Positions 1 to 13,689 of a stretch of 64,000 nucleotides of DNA are shown here, one piece after another. The stretch lies in the NCBI RefSeq assembly GCF_009914755.1, contig NC_060926.1. The stretch is one strand, 5' to 3'. A model generated the notes under the pieces. It was not told the DNA's origin. It saw only the letters and a list, made by a program, of their open reading frames with translations, and ran no database searches. This stretch comes from the human T2T-CHM13v2.0 reference genome, Homo sapiens. Within the stretch, counting starts at the first letter, position 1; each line of letters begins with the position of its first letter. The position numbers and the translations under genes are program-made.

Positions 1-2371
1 ATCAGCCACTAGGACCTTTTGAGGGGCCAAATTACCTGTCAGCCTGATTCTTTTCAGCCTTCTGAGTGACACAGCTCTGGTTGTTTCTTTTGCAGTGTAA
101 GTAACAACCTCCACTTTTGTTAGTCCAATCCTAGAACTCCCAAGATATAAGTGTCAATGTGGCTGAACAGCAAGGATCAATGTCAATTATTTCAAAGAAC
201 AAAGGACAGCAGGTGACCAATTAAGCTTAAAGTTCAACAGCATCTCCAACACTCACCTAAGAAACTAACAGTCAATCTCCTTCCCGCTCCTAATTCCTTC
301 CCTCTAAAAGAATAAATAAATAAGTTTCTTAATGGTTTTCTCTTATTTTTCCTTATTCCACCTTTTCTTATACCAATTCTCATTTTCATTTCCTGTGACC
401 CTTTTTACTTTGCCCTACATCTCAACCAAGAATCACCTCAAATTGAAATGCTTTGTTAGAATTAAGATACATACACATATCCAATGATGTTTAAATTATC
501 TGCTCTTTAAGTAGCATTCTATAGTTTTAAAAGGGAAAAAACCCCAAATTAAAGTAACTTTTTACAATGTATCTTTCATCTAACTTTTTAAGTCACATTT
601 TATCAGAGAAGTTTGTTTTCTACCGTTATAAATTAATTCGAGACTTGAAATTTTACACCAATGTTTTTTAGACATTCTGCTGTGATGATTTTTTATGAAG
701 ATTACTCTATCAACTTTTGTTTTTACACACTTCCTCAAAAAGACACAGTTTTATATTTCTGTGAAGAGGAAGTGGCATTCTTATAAGTAATTTTCAAAGT
801 TCTTTTTGACAACTTAAATAAAAAATGACTGCAAACTCCTGAGAATCTTTTCAACACAAATTGATCCTCCTAGATCTATCTAAACATAAGATTCTTTGGT
901 CAAATAAACTAAGTCAATTGATTTGATAAAACCAAAATGAAAGAAAAATGTAATTCCTAAAGCTGTAGGAACCAAACACTACAATTCATACCGAAGTATG
1001 GAAATTCCATACAAAAATAAAACAAACAAACTCTTTCTACCAATGTTGTTTAAGTGAGAGAGAGAAAGAAGACTAGTTAAAAGGTCATAAATATAAAACA
1101 AAAACAAACTCAAATCATATTTTCATAGAGCTGAAATTGACCTGAGAAAACTGGTCTCTTTAATGTGACAAATGAGGAACCAGCCCAAGATTCAGAGACT
1201 ATTTATTATAGAGTGCCAACCAAGGACCACCTGCTATACAAAGACTTTTCCCACTTGATTATCACAACTTCCCCGTAAAGCAAGTATTATTTTACCCATC
1301 TTACAGTCAAGGAAAGTTGTGTCACAGGAAGATGGACACAGCTTGTTAGGAGTAGCGCTGTGCACATAGCCCAGGTCTCCAGACATCAACTTTAGTATTC
1401 TAAATATACAACTCACACGGAGCATTTTTGGAAATTGTTCGGTTAGATGCCACAATATTTTAAAATATTATACATAAAATACAGTACCCTGAAACCTTGA
1501 TAGAAGACTCCTTGCTACAAAGCAGAGCTACTTAAAAAGATTGTTTCTTCTTGGCTGCTACGAAAAGGAGCATTAGCAACTAAACATTGCACTCATCTCA
1601 TGAGCCCCAAGACCTAATTATACTAAGGCTCCAAAGTACAAAACCCTTAGTCACATGGCTTCTAAATTACTCATGACAGTATCATTTACTCAAGTCACAG
1701 CTGGCCACTTCTTATGCTTATGGTCTATTCTTAAATCTGGACTCCGTTAAGAAGGATATAGAAAGATTTTTACACTTGTAGAAATAAAGGAAGATATTTC
1801 AGCATGTCTGAAGCAATGGTGAAACCACTCAAGGCAACAACAAACACCTACTTCCTGTTCAGGTAAGAAGAGAGGCATGGCAGCCAGGCCCATTAGAATT
1901 GAGACCTTGTAACTGTTTGCTGCCTTTAAGAACTACACGGTATAATTAAAAGCATAGTTTAAAAGTCAATGTAAGAAAGCGATTTTTGGCAACTCTAGTA
2001 TCTAAATTCCCTTCCAAATATCTTACACTGGACAAGCCAAATCCAGGTCTTCCTAAAAGCACACAAGATGGGATTCTAAGACCAATGCTCAAGTATTTGA
2101 CTCAAGTTATGGAGCCACTTAAACTAAGTCAATAGATGTGTGGACCACACAACTAGCTCAGAAGCATATTTCCTTGGGCAGCAAAACCAGAAAAATCATG
2201 TGCTTTTATGGACAAACAGAAAGGATTCTAACAACTTTACTGAAGGCATTCTATCAAGCGAGAGTGGAGGCCTTAAGAGGGGCACAAAGGTGGCAGGAAG
2301 AAGTAAAAAGAAAAATAGTTTCCAAAAAGAATGTATCACTTAAATAGGTGCCCTGAGAAAATGCTAAAGTA

Positions 2372-2660
2372 GGCCAAGCATGGTGGCTCATGCCTGTAAT
2401 CTCAGCACTTTGGAAAGCCAAGCAGATCACTTGATTCCAGGAGTTCGAGACCAGCCTGGGCAACATGGTGAAACTCATCTCTACTAAAAATACAAAAACT
2501 AGCCAGGTGTAGTGGCACGCACCTGTAGTCCCAGGTACTCAGGAGGCTGAGGTGGGAGACTCAACTGAGCCCCGGAAGTCAAGGCTGCAGTGAGCTGTGA
2601 TCGCACCATTACACTCTAGCATGGGTGACAGAGTGAGATCCTGTTTCAAAAAAAAAAAAG
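2372..2660 (+). mobile_element. Alu (old, J-like)
   Basis: Dimeric Alu with A tail; gagaaaatgcta target-site duplication (TSD). Confidence 0.9.
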
Positions 2661-2704
2661 AAAGAGAGAGAAAATGCTAGAGTTTTATAGTTTCTAGTTT
2701 TGTA

Positions 2705-3000
2705 AAAGGACTCTCTTTTTAAACATAACCACAATATCCTATTCACACTTTAAATCATCAAATATCCAGTCAGTATTCAAATTTCCCCAATTATCTCAAA
2801 GAAGTGTGCTTTTTTAAGTTTGTTTAAATCAGAATCCAAATCTATTCACTGCAACTAGTCTGAATGTATCTTAATTCTCTTTTAATTTATGGATTTATAT
2901 TTCCTCTCCATCTTTTTTTTTTCCTCTTACAATTGATTTTTTAAATAAATGAGGTCTGTTTTTTCTGTAGGCATCCCATAGTCTGGATTTTGTAATTTCT
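2705..3000 (-). mobile_element. Old L1 (L1MC/ME-type) 3' fragment
   Basis: cataaccacaat...aatatccagtcagtattcaaatttcccc motif; a related copy lies at 38140-38850. Confidence 0.55.
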
Positions 3001-3039
3001 TATTTAACAAATATGTATAAGATTAAAAACAAGTCATCT

Positions 3040-3580
3040 CTAGATCCGGCAATCCCACTCCTGGGTATCTACCCAGAGGAAAAGAAGTCATAAGAAAAAG
3101 GTACTTGCACATGCATGTTTACAGCAGCACAATTCACAATTGCAAAAATATGGAACCAGCTCAAATGCCCATCAATCAATGAGTGGATAAAGAAAGTGTG
3201 GTAGATACATACCATGGAATACTACTCAGCCATAAAAAGGAATGAAATAATGGCATTTGCAGCAACCTGGATGGAATTGGAGACGATTATTCTAACTGAA
3301 ATAACTCAGAAATGGAAAAACAAACATCATATGTTCTCACTCATTAGTAGGAGCTAAGCTATGAAGACACGAAGGCATAAGAATGATATAATGAGCTTTG
3401 GGGAATCAGGGAAATGGTGAGAAAGGAGTGAGGGATAAAAGACTACACATTGGGTACAGTTCTTTAGTGGTGACAGGTGCACCAAAATCTCAGAAATCAC
3501 CACTAAAGAACTTATTCATGTAATCAAACACCACCCATTCCCCAAAAACCTATGGAAATAATTTTTTAAGAAGGAAAAAA
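3040..3580 (+). mobile_element. 5'-truncated L1 (L1PB-like) 3' end
   Basis: End of ORF2 and 3' UTR (gcaatcccactcctgggtatctaccc...aaaacctatggaaata); aagtcatct TSD at 3031-3039 and 3581-3589. Confidence 0.88.
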
Positions 3581-4455
3581 AAGTCATCTTTAAACATACT
3601 ACATTATTCCATCAATGGCCTACATCACCAAACCATCTAGATCCTTTCAATGAAGTCCTTGCTACTCCAAAATACATGTTTGTTCACAAAATGTTGCCAT
3701 GGTACCTCATGCAACATTCTATCCAAGCCAGGGGTATCATGGACACAGAAGGGCCCATAAGGCAACACCTTACTTTAATGCTTCAATACTTTTTGGAACA
3801 AAGTAAATACAAATTAATTTGTAAAAAGTCATGTGCAACAAATGGAAACAATGAGTTTTGCTTAGGCACAAATTCATCAATTCAAGTTTTCAGGCAGAGG
3901 GCATGTAGTACCTATCAAAGAACTCAACTGAGAAAAATGTGTTAATATGCAAACACCTCTCCTATCCAGTTTGCAAATTGGATATTTCCTTACCTCTTCT
4001 TCCTACCTAACATGAACCCTATGACTCAGTAAATTTAGTCACCAGGTTACCTGAAAGGGACACAACACGTCACTCACCTGGGTTCTACCCACATCTGCTG
4101 CCTGAATCATTCCCTTCCTCAAGTACCGCTTAGACTCCCTCCAGCTCCCTTCTTAATGACTTTGCCCATCTCTGGACTCCTGAAGTCCCTAATCAATACC
4201 CCTAAGCATAGTCTAAACCTGCACTATATGTGGATTGATAACTGTTTCATATGCCACATGAACTCAATAAACTTTAAAGAGGGCCTTTCATGTGCAAGGC
4301 ATTCAGTATCATCTAACTAGACTGTGAGCTCCATGGGGAAAAAGGCCTCTTGTGATACTGCACCTATTTCAAGAATCCTAATGTGTGATGGCTAAGAATG
4401 TGCACCTTGGAGTTGAGCTTGCCCAGATGTGACTCCCAGAGTCATGCGACCCTGA

Positions 4456-4833
<378 letters not shown>

Positions 4834-5444
4834 TAAAATGAAATGATGATAGCCATCCTCTCATAAAAATATTAGGATTAAATCACGTAAAGCATGATTC
4901 TTGTCTTGTCTCCTTGTTCCCAATTCTTTCTGTCTGGTTTCTATTTTATTGTGCCTGTTCTTACCTGTCCTTCCCTTTTGTGGAGAAGGGGAGAGCAGAG
5001 AGCCCCAGCAGAGCTATGCTGTATCATTGCTATGTAGATGGAGCTCATTAAACACCCCTCGATTGCTTGAATACATGGGAGATCCACTCTTAGAACATTT
5101 AGGGACAATATTTCCTGTCCCCTCATGTCACCTTGATACTTCCCCTGAAAAGAAATGGAACTGAGAATTACCTACGACTGAGAATTACCTACAGTGCTAA
5201 CCATCCTCACAACCAAAAGCACAGTTTAAAAAGAGGGAAAATATAACCAGAAAATAGGACAATATGTGATCTTTTATCTTTTCATAGGGCAGAAAACTTT
5301 CTCTTAATTTTGTTTGAATGGAAATTTGACATCCCAGTGTAAAATGAAAGCTGTTTATAGAAGTGTTTCTCTTTTCTTTGTTTGAGTACTTCATGAGTAA
5401 AAAACATTTGAACATGTACATATACAGATACATATACATATTTA

Positions 5445-6130
5445 TATTCAATCACTTAACAAATATTTATTGAGCATTTACTATGCACCTTACCCTGTTT
5501 TAAGTGCTAAAGACACAGCAGTGAATGAACCAAACTAACAAAATAATCTTTGTCCTGTTATCTATATCTTAGCCACATGTAAGTTTTGGTTTTTAAAATG
5601 GGGGGAGTCAAATATATGGTATGAGGGATTTACACTGTGGAGGAAAATAAAGAAAGGCAGACAGGAAATGTGGAGTGGGCATTTTAAATAGTGTGGTCAG
5701 AAAGGGACTCACTGAGAAGGTAACATCTGAGGAAAGACCCGAAAGAGGTAAAGGTGAGCCATGCAGATATCTAGGGAGGAGCTGCACAGGGAGCAGGAAC
5801 AGCAAGGGTCCCGAGGCAGGAGCGCAGCTGGTGTGTTCACTAAATAGGAGGAGGCCAGTGGGGCTGGAGCCAAGGAGCCAGGAAGAGGTGGACAGCAGAC
5901 AAGGCTGGACAGTTGAGTGGATGAGCTGAGTGCAGAGGTCACTCTAATGACCTTAGCTTTCACCTGGGTGAAACTGGAAGTTTTTGAGCAGGAGTGACAA
6001 GTTCTGAGTTCCATCACTCTGAGAGCTACGTTGAGAGTAGAGTGCAGGGGCCAAGGTCAGACGGAAGGAGACCAGTCAGAGGCTGCTGTTATAACCCAAG
6101 TGGTGATTTGGCCAGGTGGCAGCCAGTGAA
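5445..6130 (-). mobile_element. L2 fragment
   Basis: Starts with the reverse complement of the L2 3' end (ttaacaaatatttattgagcatttactatg) and continues in purine-rich L2 body. Confidence 0.75.
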
Positions 6131-7754
6131 AAATACAGCCAAAAAGATGACACAGTACTAGCAAATAAGATGTACTAAAACTACATAAAAATTAAAAGTT
6201 TAAAAGAATGATTTAAAGAAATATGAATTCCAATATTCTCTTTCCCAAACTCCAACTCAATAAAGTATTGTGTTCATCCTTGGGGTGTAGGCCACACCTA
6301 CTTTTGGAGGCCATTGTTTCACAATAATTGGTTGGTTGATTTGTCCCGGCTGACCTGAATGTCTGCCTGGCTTTCTGTCTTTAGACTTCTCTTATGCTCA
6401 CTTTCCTTTTTCCTGATCTTGCCAGTCTTAGACACCAAAACAAGTCTCCTCCACAGAGACTAACCATACAGAGGCTGGTGATTACATGTAGGAATTTTCT
6501 TCCTTTCTTGAGAAAGTCTGTGGTCACCATGTCAACTGCACCCAACTCTGGGCCAACCCTTCAGAAATAAACTTGTTAGATGCACATGTTATTTGGGTTC
6601 AATAAAATAGGATTTTGCCTGGGAGGACCCAAGGTATTTGCTAAAGCAACACCTCTGAAGAAGGCTAAGGTGGGCCCCAGCTCACAAGAGACAAGCATGG
6701 CCTTTGTAAGGATTGCTCCCTTTATCCTGTAAGAAGTTCAAGAGGATTCTCAAAGAACCACACTGAGAACAGCCCCAGGGGTTCTGTGTCCCCACAGCCA
6801 GGCTCCTGGAGATGCCAGAAGACAAACTTCTTGGAGAAAGGACTCCTCACCCTTAGACAAAACTCAGGATGTGTTTACCAAACCTGGGAAACTTTAAAGC
6901 TGCCACAAACACACTTGGGAGAAAATCAGAAGTTCATAAAAGGCAGATACTTTTTGAACTGAGATTCCACAAGATGAGAAAAGACTGACATTGAAATATG
7001 TGAGGAGCTATCTTAGAATGTTAGAGCTTGGAAGAATTTAGAGAATTTTCTACCTGTTCCCATTTTGACAGACAAAGAAACGAAGGCCAGGACTTACCCC
7101 AAACCATACAACAGTTAGAAGAACCATGAGTAGAATCCACGTCTTCTGATTCCCAATCTAGTGTTATTTTTAAAACAAACTAAAGCAAAACAAAATTTTT
7201 TAAATAAAAAAAGCAAAACTTTTAGAGACAGGTTAGAATTGTAATTAATTTCCATGTCTAGGCTCAAACAGATGTTTCCACAAGTCTCCCTAATTTTACT
7301 AAAAGCTCTGAAAGCTTTCTTAGGGGAAAATGGTCTTCTGGTATAAAAGATATCCTAGAAAGCTATGCTTGGATGCTTAAGACTCCCCAGGATGGGAGCA
7401 AGGGGACTCTAAGCAAACAAAAACCAAGAAATGCAAACAATTATCGACTTAGTAATCCCTGAAACAGCCCAAAGTGGACTATATATTTATTTGCTTAGCT
7501 CACTTTATAGAATATAAATTTTAAGTTTTCAAAAGAGGAGGCAAGTGAAAAGATCCTTAAAAATTATGAATATCATAATTACAAGCTGGATTCATGAATC
7601 ATTAATTTCAACCTCTTAGGCTACCAACATATTTACAAACATAAACACTGATAAGGGCAAATACCTGCATTCCCGACCTCTGAAAGCAGCCAAAGCCAAA
7701 TAATATATTGGTTAAAAGGTTAAAAAGGAGTAATCTATAAAGAGGGCAATCTTA

Positions 7755-8060
7755 GGCCAGGTGTGGTGGCTTACCCCTGTAATCCCAGCACTTTGGGAGG
7801 CTGAGGCAGGCAGATCACATGAGGCCAGGAGTTTGAGACCAGCCTGGCCGACATGGTGAAACCTCATCTCTACTAAAAATACAAAAATTAGCTGGGCGTA
7901 GTGGTGCAAGCCTGTAATCCCAGCTACCCGGGAGTCTGAGGCTCAAGAATCACTTGAACCCCAGGAGGGGGTCGGCGGGGGTTGCAATGAGCCAAGATTG
8001 CACCACTATACTCCAGCCTGGGAAACAGAGCGAGACTCTGTCCCAAAAAAATAAAAATAC
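7755..8060 (+). mobile_element. Alu
   Basis: Full dimer; ggg(c/t)aatctta TSD. Confidence 0.9.
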
Positions 8061-8734
8061 AGAATAAATAAAATGGGTAATCTTAGATTATCTATGAATT
8101 GAAGTAGGGTGGAGAATAGGAATTAGTCCTAAGTCATTGACATGGGTTAAAATCCTTCTCTGGAACTTGAAGCTGTTTGACTTTGTTACCTGGAAAGCCT
8201 TATTAGAGCTCATCTGCAAATACACCCTTCATAGGCACATTTGTAAGAAATGCTATAACACAAACCATGTGAAGAGCATCGGTCTCCATTACAGGCACCA
8301 AGTCACAGAAGGGAGAGGGCAGAGCTGAGGCACCATAAAGGCATCCAGTCCAACCTCTTCATTTTACAAAGAGAAACCTGAAGCCTACAGAGGTTAACAT
8401 GTCTTGCCAAGGGTTGGCTAATGTACAACATATGTCACTTCTCCCTTCCCGTGTACCCATAGCAAACACTGGTAATCAATCACACTTTCTCGGATCCTTG
8501 ACTGCAAGAGTCAGAATGTTTCTATCACATTACACCTGCAAGTCCTGGACCGATCAGAACTCATGTGTGACATGGAAGCTGTTTCCCAACTCTGCACAAG
8601 GTCATAAAACAATCTTTGTAATACCTGCACCACTGTAGACCTGACTCAAAAGAGACAGAGTAGTCTGCTAGTCAAACTAGTTTACTGTCACTGTCAAGCC
8701 TGTGGTGAGCAAACATGGAGTCTATGTGAATATA

Positions 8735-8851
8735 TGATGACCACATATCCAGGTTTACCCAGGACAGTCCTGGCTCACGTCTATTTGTGGCTTCATATTG
8801 AGTAGTATCACCTATGATTCTCAAACGGATAAAAATGATATAGTCATCCTA
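8735..8851. mobile_element. hAT-Blackjack MITE (MER94-like)
   Basis: tgaccacatatccaggtttacccaggacagtcc...atatagtcatcct; degenerate gggtgacca-type terminal inverted repeats. Confidence 0.55.
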
Positions 8852-9694
8852 GTTCTGTGTAGTTCCTAATCATTCACAAACATTTATAAATGTTGTTTCA
8901 TACATGATGTGTCAGGAAAAAAAACAAAAACAACAACAAAAAACACTTAACCAATCACCAGGAGTTTTCTCATACAAAGGGGCTTTCAAATAATACTAAA
9001 CCCAACCAGTTTTCAAGAGGGACTCAGGGACCACTGTCCAAGCCAATCTTTTTTATATATTGAGCTTCAATATGAAATTTCTTCGGGGGAAAAAAGGAGT
9101 GTCATAGCTTAAACAAATTTGGAAATCACAAAATTATCAGATCTCTGTAGCTCTGCCTGTTTTTAAATTATTTCGTGCTATACTTTAGCCTATAAAAATT
9201 CACATTATCTTGTAGAAATACAAATCTTTTTAAAGAATCTTTCATTTCTGTTTCTGGTACAAACAATTTGTGCCTTTTTGAGTTCGTATTTGCTCTCTGT
9301 TTACAGCAAAAGAGGAAGTAAAAAGTTGAAATCTTAAAAAAGAAAGAAAGAAAGAAAAGAAAAAGAAAAAAGTTAGTTCCATTAATCCAGAGCTAGAGCT
9401 TATGTGCTGGCGTTGGCTAAAGAGCCAATCATATATGTAAGAGAAGAATAAGTTTATTTGGAAAAGTCATTGGTGTAGAGAACACAGATATCAGCTATGT
9501 GCACAAGTGAAAGGTAATGATATTATCACACGAAAAGTTTAAAAATTTTAACTGGCTACCCAGACAGAAGACTAGAAGGAAACATATCAAAATGTCAAGA
9601 ATAGTTATCTCTTGAGTATACAGGCTTCAGATGGTTTTAAAATTTTTTGGTTTGCTCATCTAGCTTTCTGCTTTTCCTATAATGACCGCAGTTC

Positions 9695-9698
<4 letters not shown>

Positions 9699-9729
<31 letters not shown>
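9699..9729. repeat. (TA)n microsatellite
   Basis: Read directly from the sequence. Confidence 0.95.
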
Positions 9730-9733
<4 letters not shown>

Positions 9734-9974
9734 AAAATCACTGAACTACCAACACATCATTCACCGGGGTGAGGAAATGGAGAGGCTAATGGGAAAAGCC
9801 AGGTATAAGCCAGGCAGGGGCAGAGGCCTCAGAGCAGCTCCTTACTATGTACAGAAATGGGTCTGGCCCAAGAGGCAGAAGGAGTTCAGGGAACGCTGTT
9901 CATCCAATGGCTTCTCTGTAAACAAGATCAGACACCCATTAATCCCATGGCTGCACTGCCCTTTCAACTATGAA

Positions 9975-10210
9975 AAGTATAGCCTTGTGGTCAGAGCCCC
10001 ACCTGTGCAATCAGACTGCCAGGGTAGGACAGTGTGCTAGATCACTTACTGGGCGTATGACCCTAAACCGGTCAATTAGCCTCTCTATTCCTGTTTTCTC
10101 ATCCATAAAATAGAAATCACACCACCACCTACCTCCTAGTGTGGCTATGAGGATTAAGACATGATTCACTGCAAAGGCCCAGTATACAATAAGAGCACAA
10201 TAAATGTGTG
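9975..10210 (+). mobile_element. MIR, near full length
   Basis: MIR core (ctgttttctcatccataaaatag...acctacctcctag...gaggattaa) and 3' end. Confidence 0.75.
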
Positions 10211-11046
10211 ACATTATTAGGTCTCTGCCATGAAACACCAGCCTCAAGTGCACTCTCAAAACCATGTGATTGGGTCCTGAAACAACCAGAAAAGGTTCTA
10301 AATAAAGCCTTTCTTTTCCCTTCTTCTATGCTGAAGACAGGACTACAGCATACTGTTTGCTTTAACACCAGTGCTCTAGGGAGCCATGGAAGAACAAGGG
10401 CAGCCCAGTAAAATATGTAACACGTCCCAAGGCCCCACACTATGGGCTAGAAATCCTGCTCCCAAAGTTACACAGGATTTCTAGTCTCTTGCCACTGCCA
10501 CCGCTGCCAGCCACTGCCTTTGGCAAGAAGGTAGGTGACTCAAGTGTGAACTAGGACTTGGCAAGGGAACACCAAACCAGAAGGCCTCCAGGCAGGAAGC
10601 TCCAAAAAGGCCACCTGCTGAAACAGTTTGTCTGCAGGCAGCCTCCGAGATGAAAGTAGTGTTCTGCCATCATTAACAAATGCAGGTAAGAATAGTGGAC
10701 ACTTTAAACATGCAACAGAACTTACCATCCTAGCTTCATAACTCTGAAAATAAATTTCGGGTAGAGATCCAGGCTGAAGATACGACCACACACTTAAAAT
10801 GACTACAGTGCCTTTAACTATATGACATAAAGAACACCCTAAAACAGTCAATATCAAATCAATTTTCAAAAAGGTTTCATGGCTATCTTTGAGTCAAATG
10901 CCTTAGATCTGTATTTAACAAAATTTTCTTTCCCAAACTTAAAATTATCTCACTTTACCAAAAAATATAAAACTCCTAATGTCCACATACAAGGAACTAA
11001 TTACATTATTATATTAATGACATAGTTGAGGATGTTCTATGTTACA

Positions 11047-11152
11047 CAGGGTAACCAGTTCCTCCCAGTTTGCCTGGAATTTTCCCGGTTTTAGCCCCAT
11101 ATGCTGGGACACCAGTCAATCTGCACAAACCAGGATGGTTAGTGCCCCCTAA
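11047..11152. mobile_element. hAT-Blackjack MITE (MER81-like)
   Basis: agggtaaccag...cccagtttgcctgg...aaaccaggatggttagtgcccccta with inverted termini. Confidence 0.6.
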
Positions 11153-11615
11153 GGCTGCAATAAAAATTATGTGTGCCCTGTGAAGAGGAAAACAGAAGGG
11201 ACACTGTTACAAAAGTTACAAATGCAGAAGTGCTAAATGCCAAGTTTGTTTGTTTGTAGTGATAGCTCCCAGTTCCTTTTTTACAGTGAAAAAAAAAAAA
11301 AAAAAGACTAAAAATTACACTGGTCTCTCCCTTTTTCTTTTTACTCTCCCGAAAAAAAAAGAGTTAGGAAAAAACATTTTCCTTCTCTTACAAGATTGAG
11401 AGGTCACTACAGGACTGACTGCTGAAGTAGTGTCTGCTTCACCTAGCAAGCTCCTGCACCCAGCTTTAGCTGGAGAGAAAATGTCATCATCTGTCACCCC
11501 TGACTTTTGCCACATTTAAAGACAAATCCAGACAATTTGTGTTTCAGGTTATCAACAGTAAAAAATCCAAGAGGCCTAGCAAAAATCAAGATTCACTTCA
11601 CAAATAGGGCATTCA

Positions 11616-11922
<307 letters not shown>

Positions 11923-13689
11923 GGAGGGAGAAATTAAGAAGTGGTTGTTTTACTAGAAGCTGAATGGAGAGCAAGGTACTCCTGTACAAACTCTAAGGCA
12001 GGGATTCCAAGCAGGCGGGCGGCTCCCTGCCCACAATGATGGAGCAAAACTCTTCTAGTAGTGGTCTAAGCAAATGGTTTTAAAAGTTAATCTGTGAGGT
12101 TAAGAACTGACTTCTAAGAATTGAGTCTCAAACAGAAAAGGTAAGACTATATAAGGCAAGAAAGACCACACACTTACTTCCTGGACCTAAAGCTACACAG
12201 AAACCATCGTTGTTCACCACCCCACCCCACCCAGGCCACTTCCCCACCCCATCTCCTTCTGACTTTGTCCCAAGATAGACTGGACATTTTCAGAAGTTCT
12301 TGAATCTTAAAACGCCTTAGGTTCTTTTTACGTATCTGGAGATGGAACCAAATAAACGTTGTGTGACTCTTCCTTTCTCTCCATACTCATACTAGTTTAT
12401 TGGGGGAAGGAAGGAAATATACTTGGAAACATCTTAAAAGGCAACATCTTTGAAATTCCTGCTCTGATAAGCCCTGAAGAATAACTTCCTCTCTTTGTAA
12501 GACCAAGTAATACACTTCTCACTAGGGTTGATCTTGATCTAGGAAGAGATGTTTTCTTGTAACCCTTACAACACATCCAATGAGATGATGGAGCTATCCT
12601 ATACCAACTGTAGCAGAAAGTACAAGCACCTGGAAGGCAGAAGACAAGAGCTAGTCCCAGTCCTGCAGGCCTATAGCTGGCATTCTTTGAGGAAGACTTG
12701 CTTCACTTCTCCAGATCTGTTTTGTCATTTAGAAAATGAAGGGTTTGGGCTAGATCATCCTTAGAGTCCTTACAACTCTAAACTTCTATGTGATGTTCTT
12801 TCTTATATGTGATAACAATACCTATTAGAACCATTCTTTGTACTTTGAAGATCTAGGGATTAACAGACAAGTACAGCAACGTGTACTAGCAAAGATGACA
12901 GGCCCAAGACACGCTAAAACTGTAGGATTTAAAATACGCAAATGTCTAACAGTTGGCAAAGTATGTGACCAAAAGGTGAAGGAAATCCTGATATCAACTT
13001 ACACTTTTAAATGCTCTGGAACCAATGAGAACAAATACATTCATCACAAGTACCAGCTGCTCTTCTTACTAAATTTAACAATAACATGAATTTTAACTCA
13101 GTGATTTCCCCATCACCAACCCCGCCAAACACCTGTAAATATTTAGGAAAAACAAGCTAAAAAAATTGAATCTAAAAGGCAGGAGAACAAATCATTGCAA
13201 ATCATTGTGGTGACGGACTGCACTTCAGTTGCAAGATGTTCTGACTGGATACTAACTGGAGAACGCAAGGCAGCAGATGCAACCCATGGACAAGTTTGAG
13301 GTATTTAATACCAAGGGCTGGCAAGTCTGACCCTGTAGTCAAAGTCAAGATTGCCTCTCTGCCTACCAGGACCCCAAAACAAAGTTCCTTTCACTACCCA
13401 CGAATAAACGGGGGTGGGGGTAGCAAGCCGTTTCCTTTTTTCGTGGAAAGAGCTGCAAAGAGTTTTGTCATGCAACTTGGTTTGGTGCCTGTTAGTGTCA
13501 ATGTAAGAGCAGCAGAGTCCGCGAAGGTGGCTGTTACCATTCCACAGACCTGCGGCGAGGACTGTCAATCCGATTCAGCAAATAACCCCACCTCTCCAAG
13601 CCAGGACTCCAGAGCTGCCCTGTGTGGTGTCTCAGCAAGGAAAGCCAACAAAGCTGGTAGACACAGGCAGACCGTAGCCCACCGCCTGT

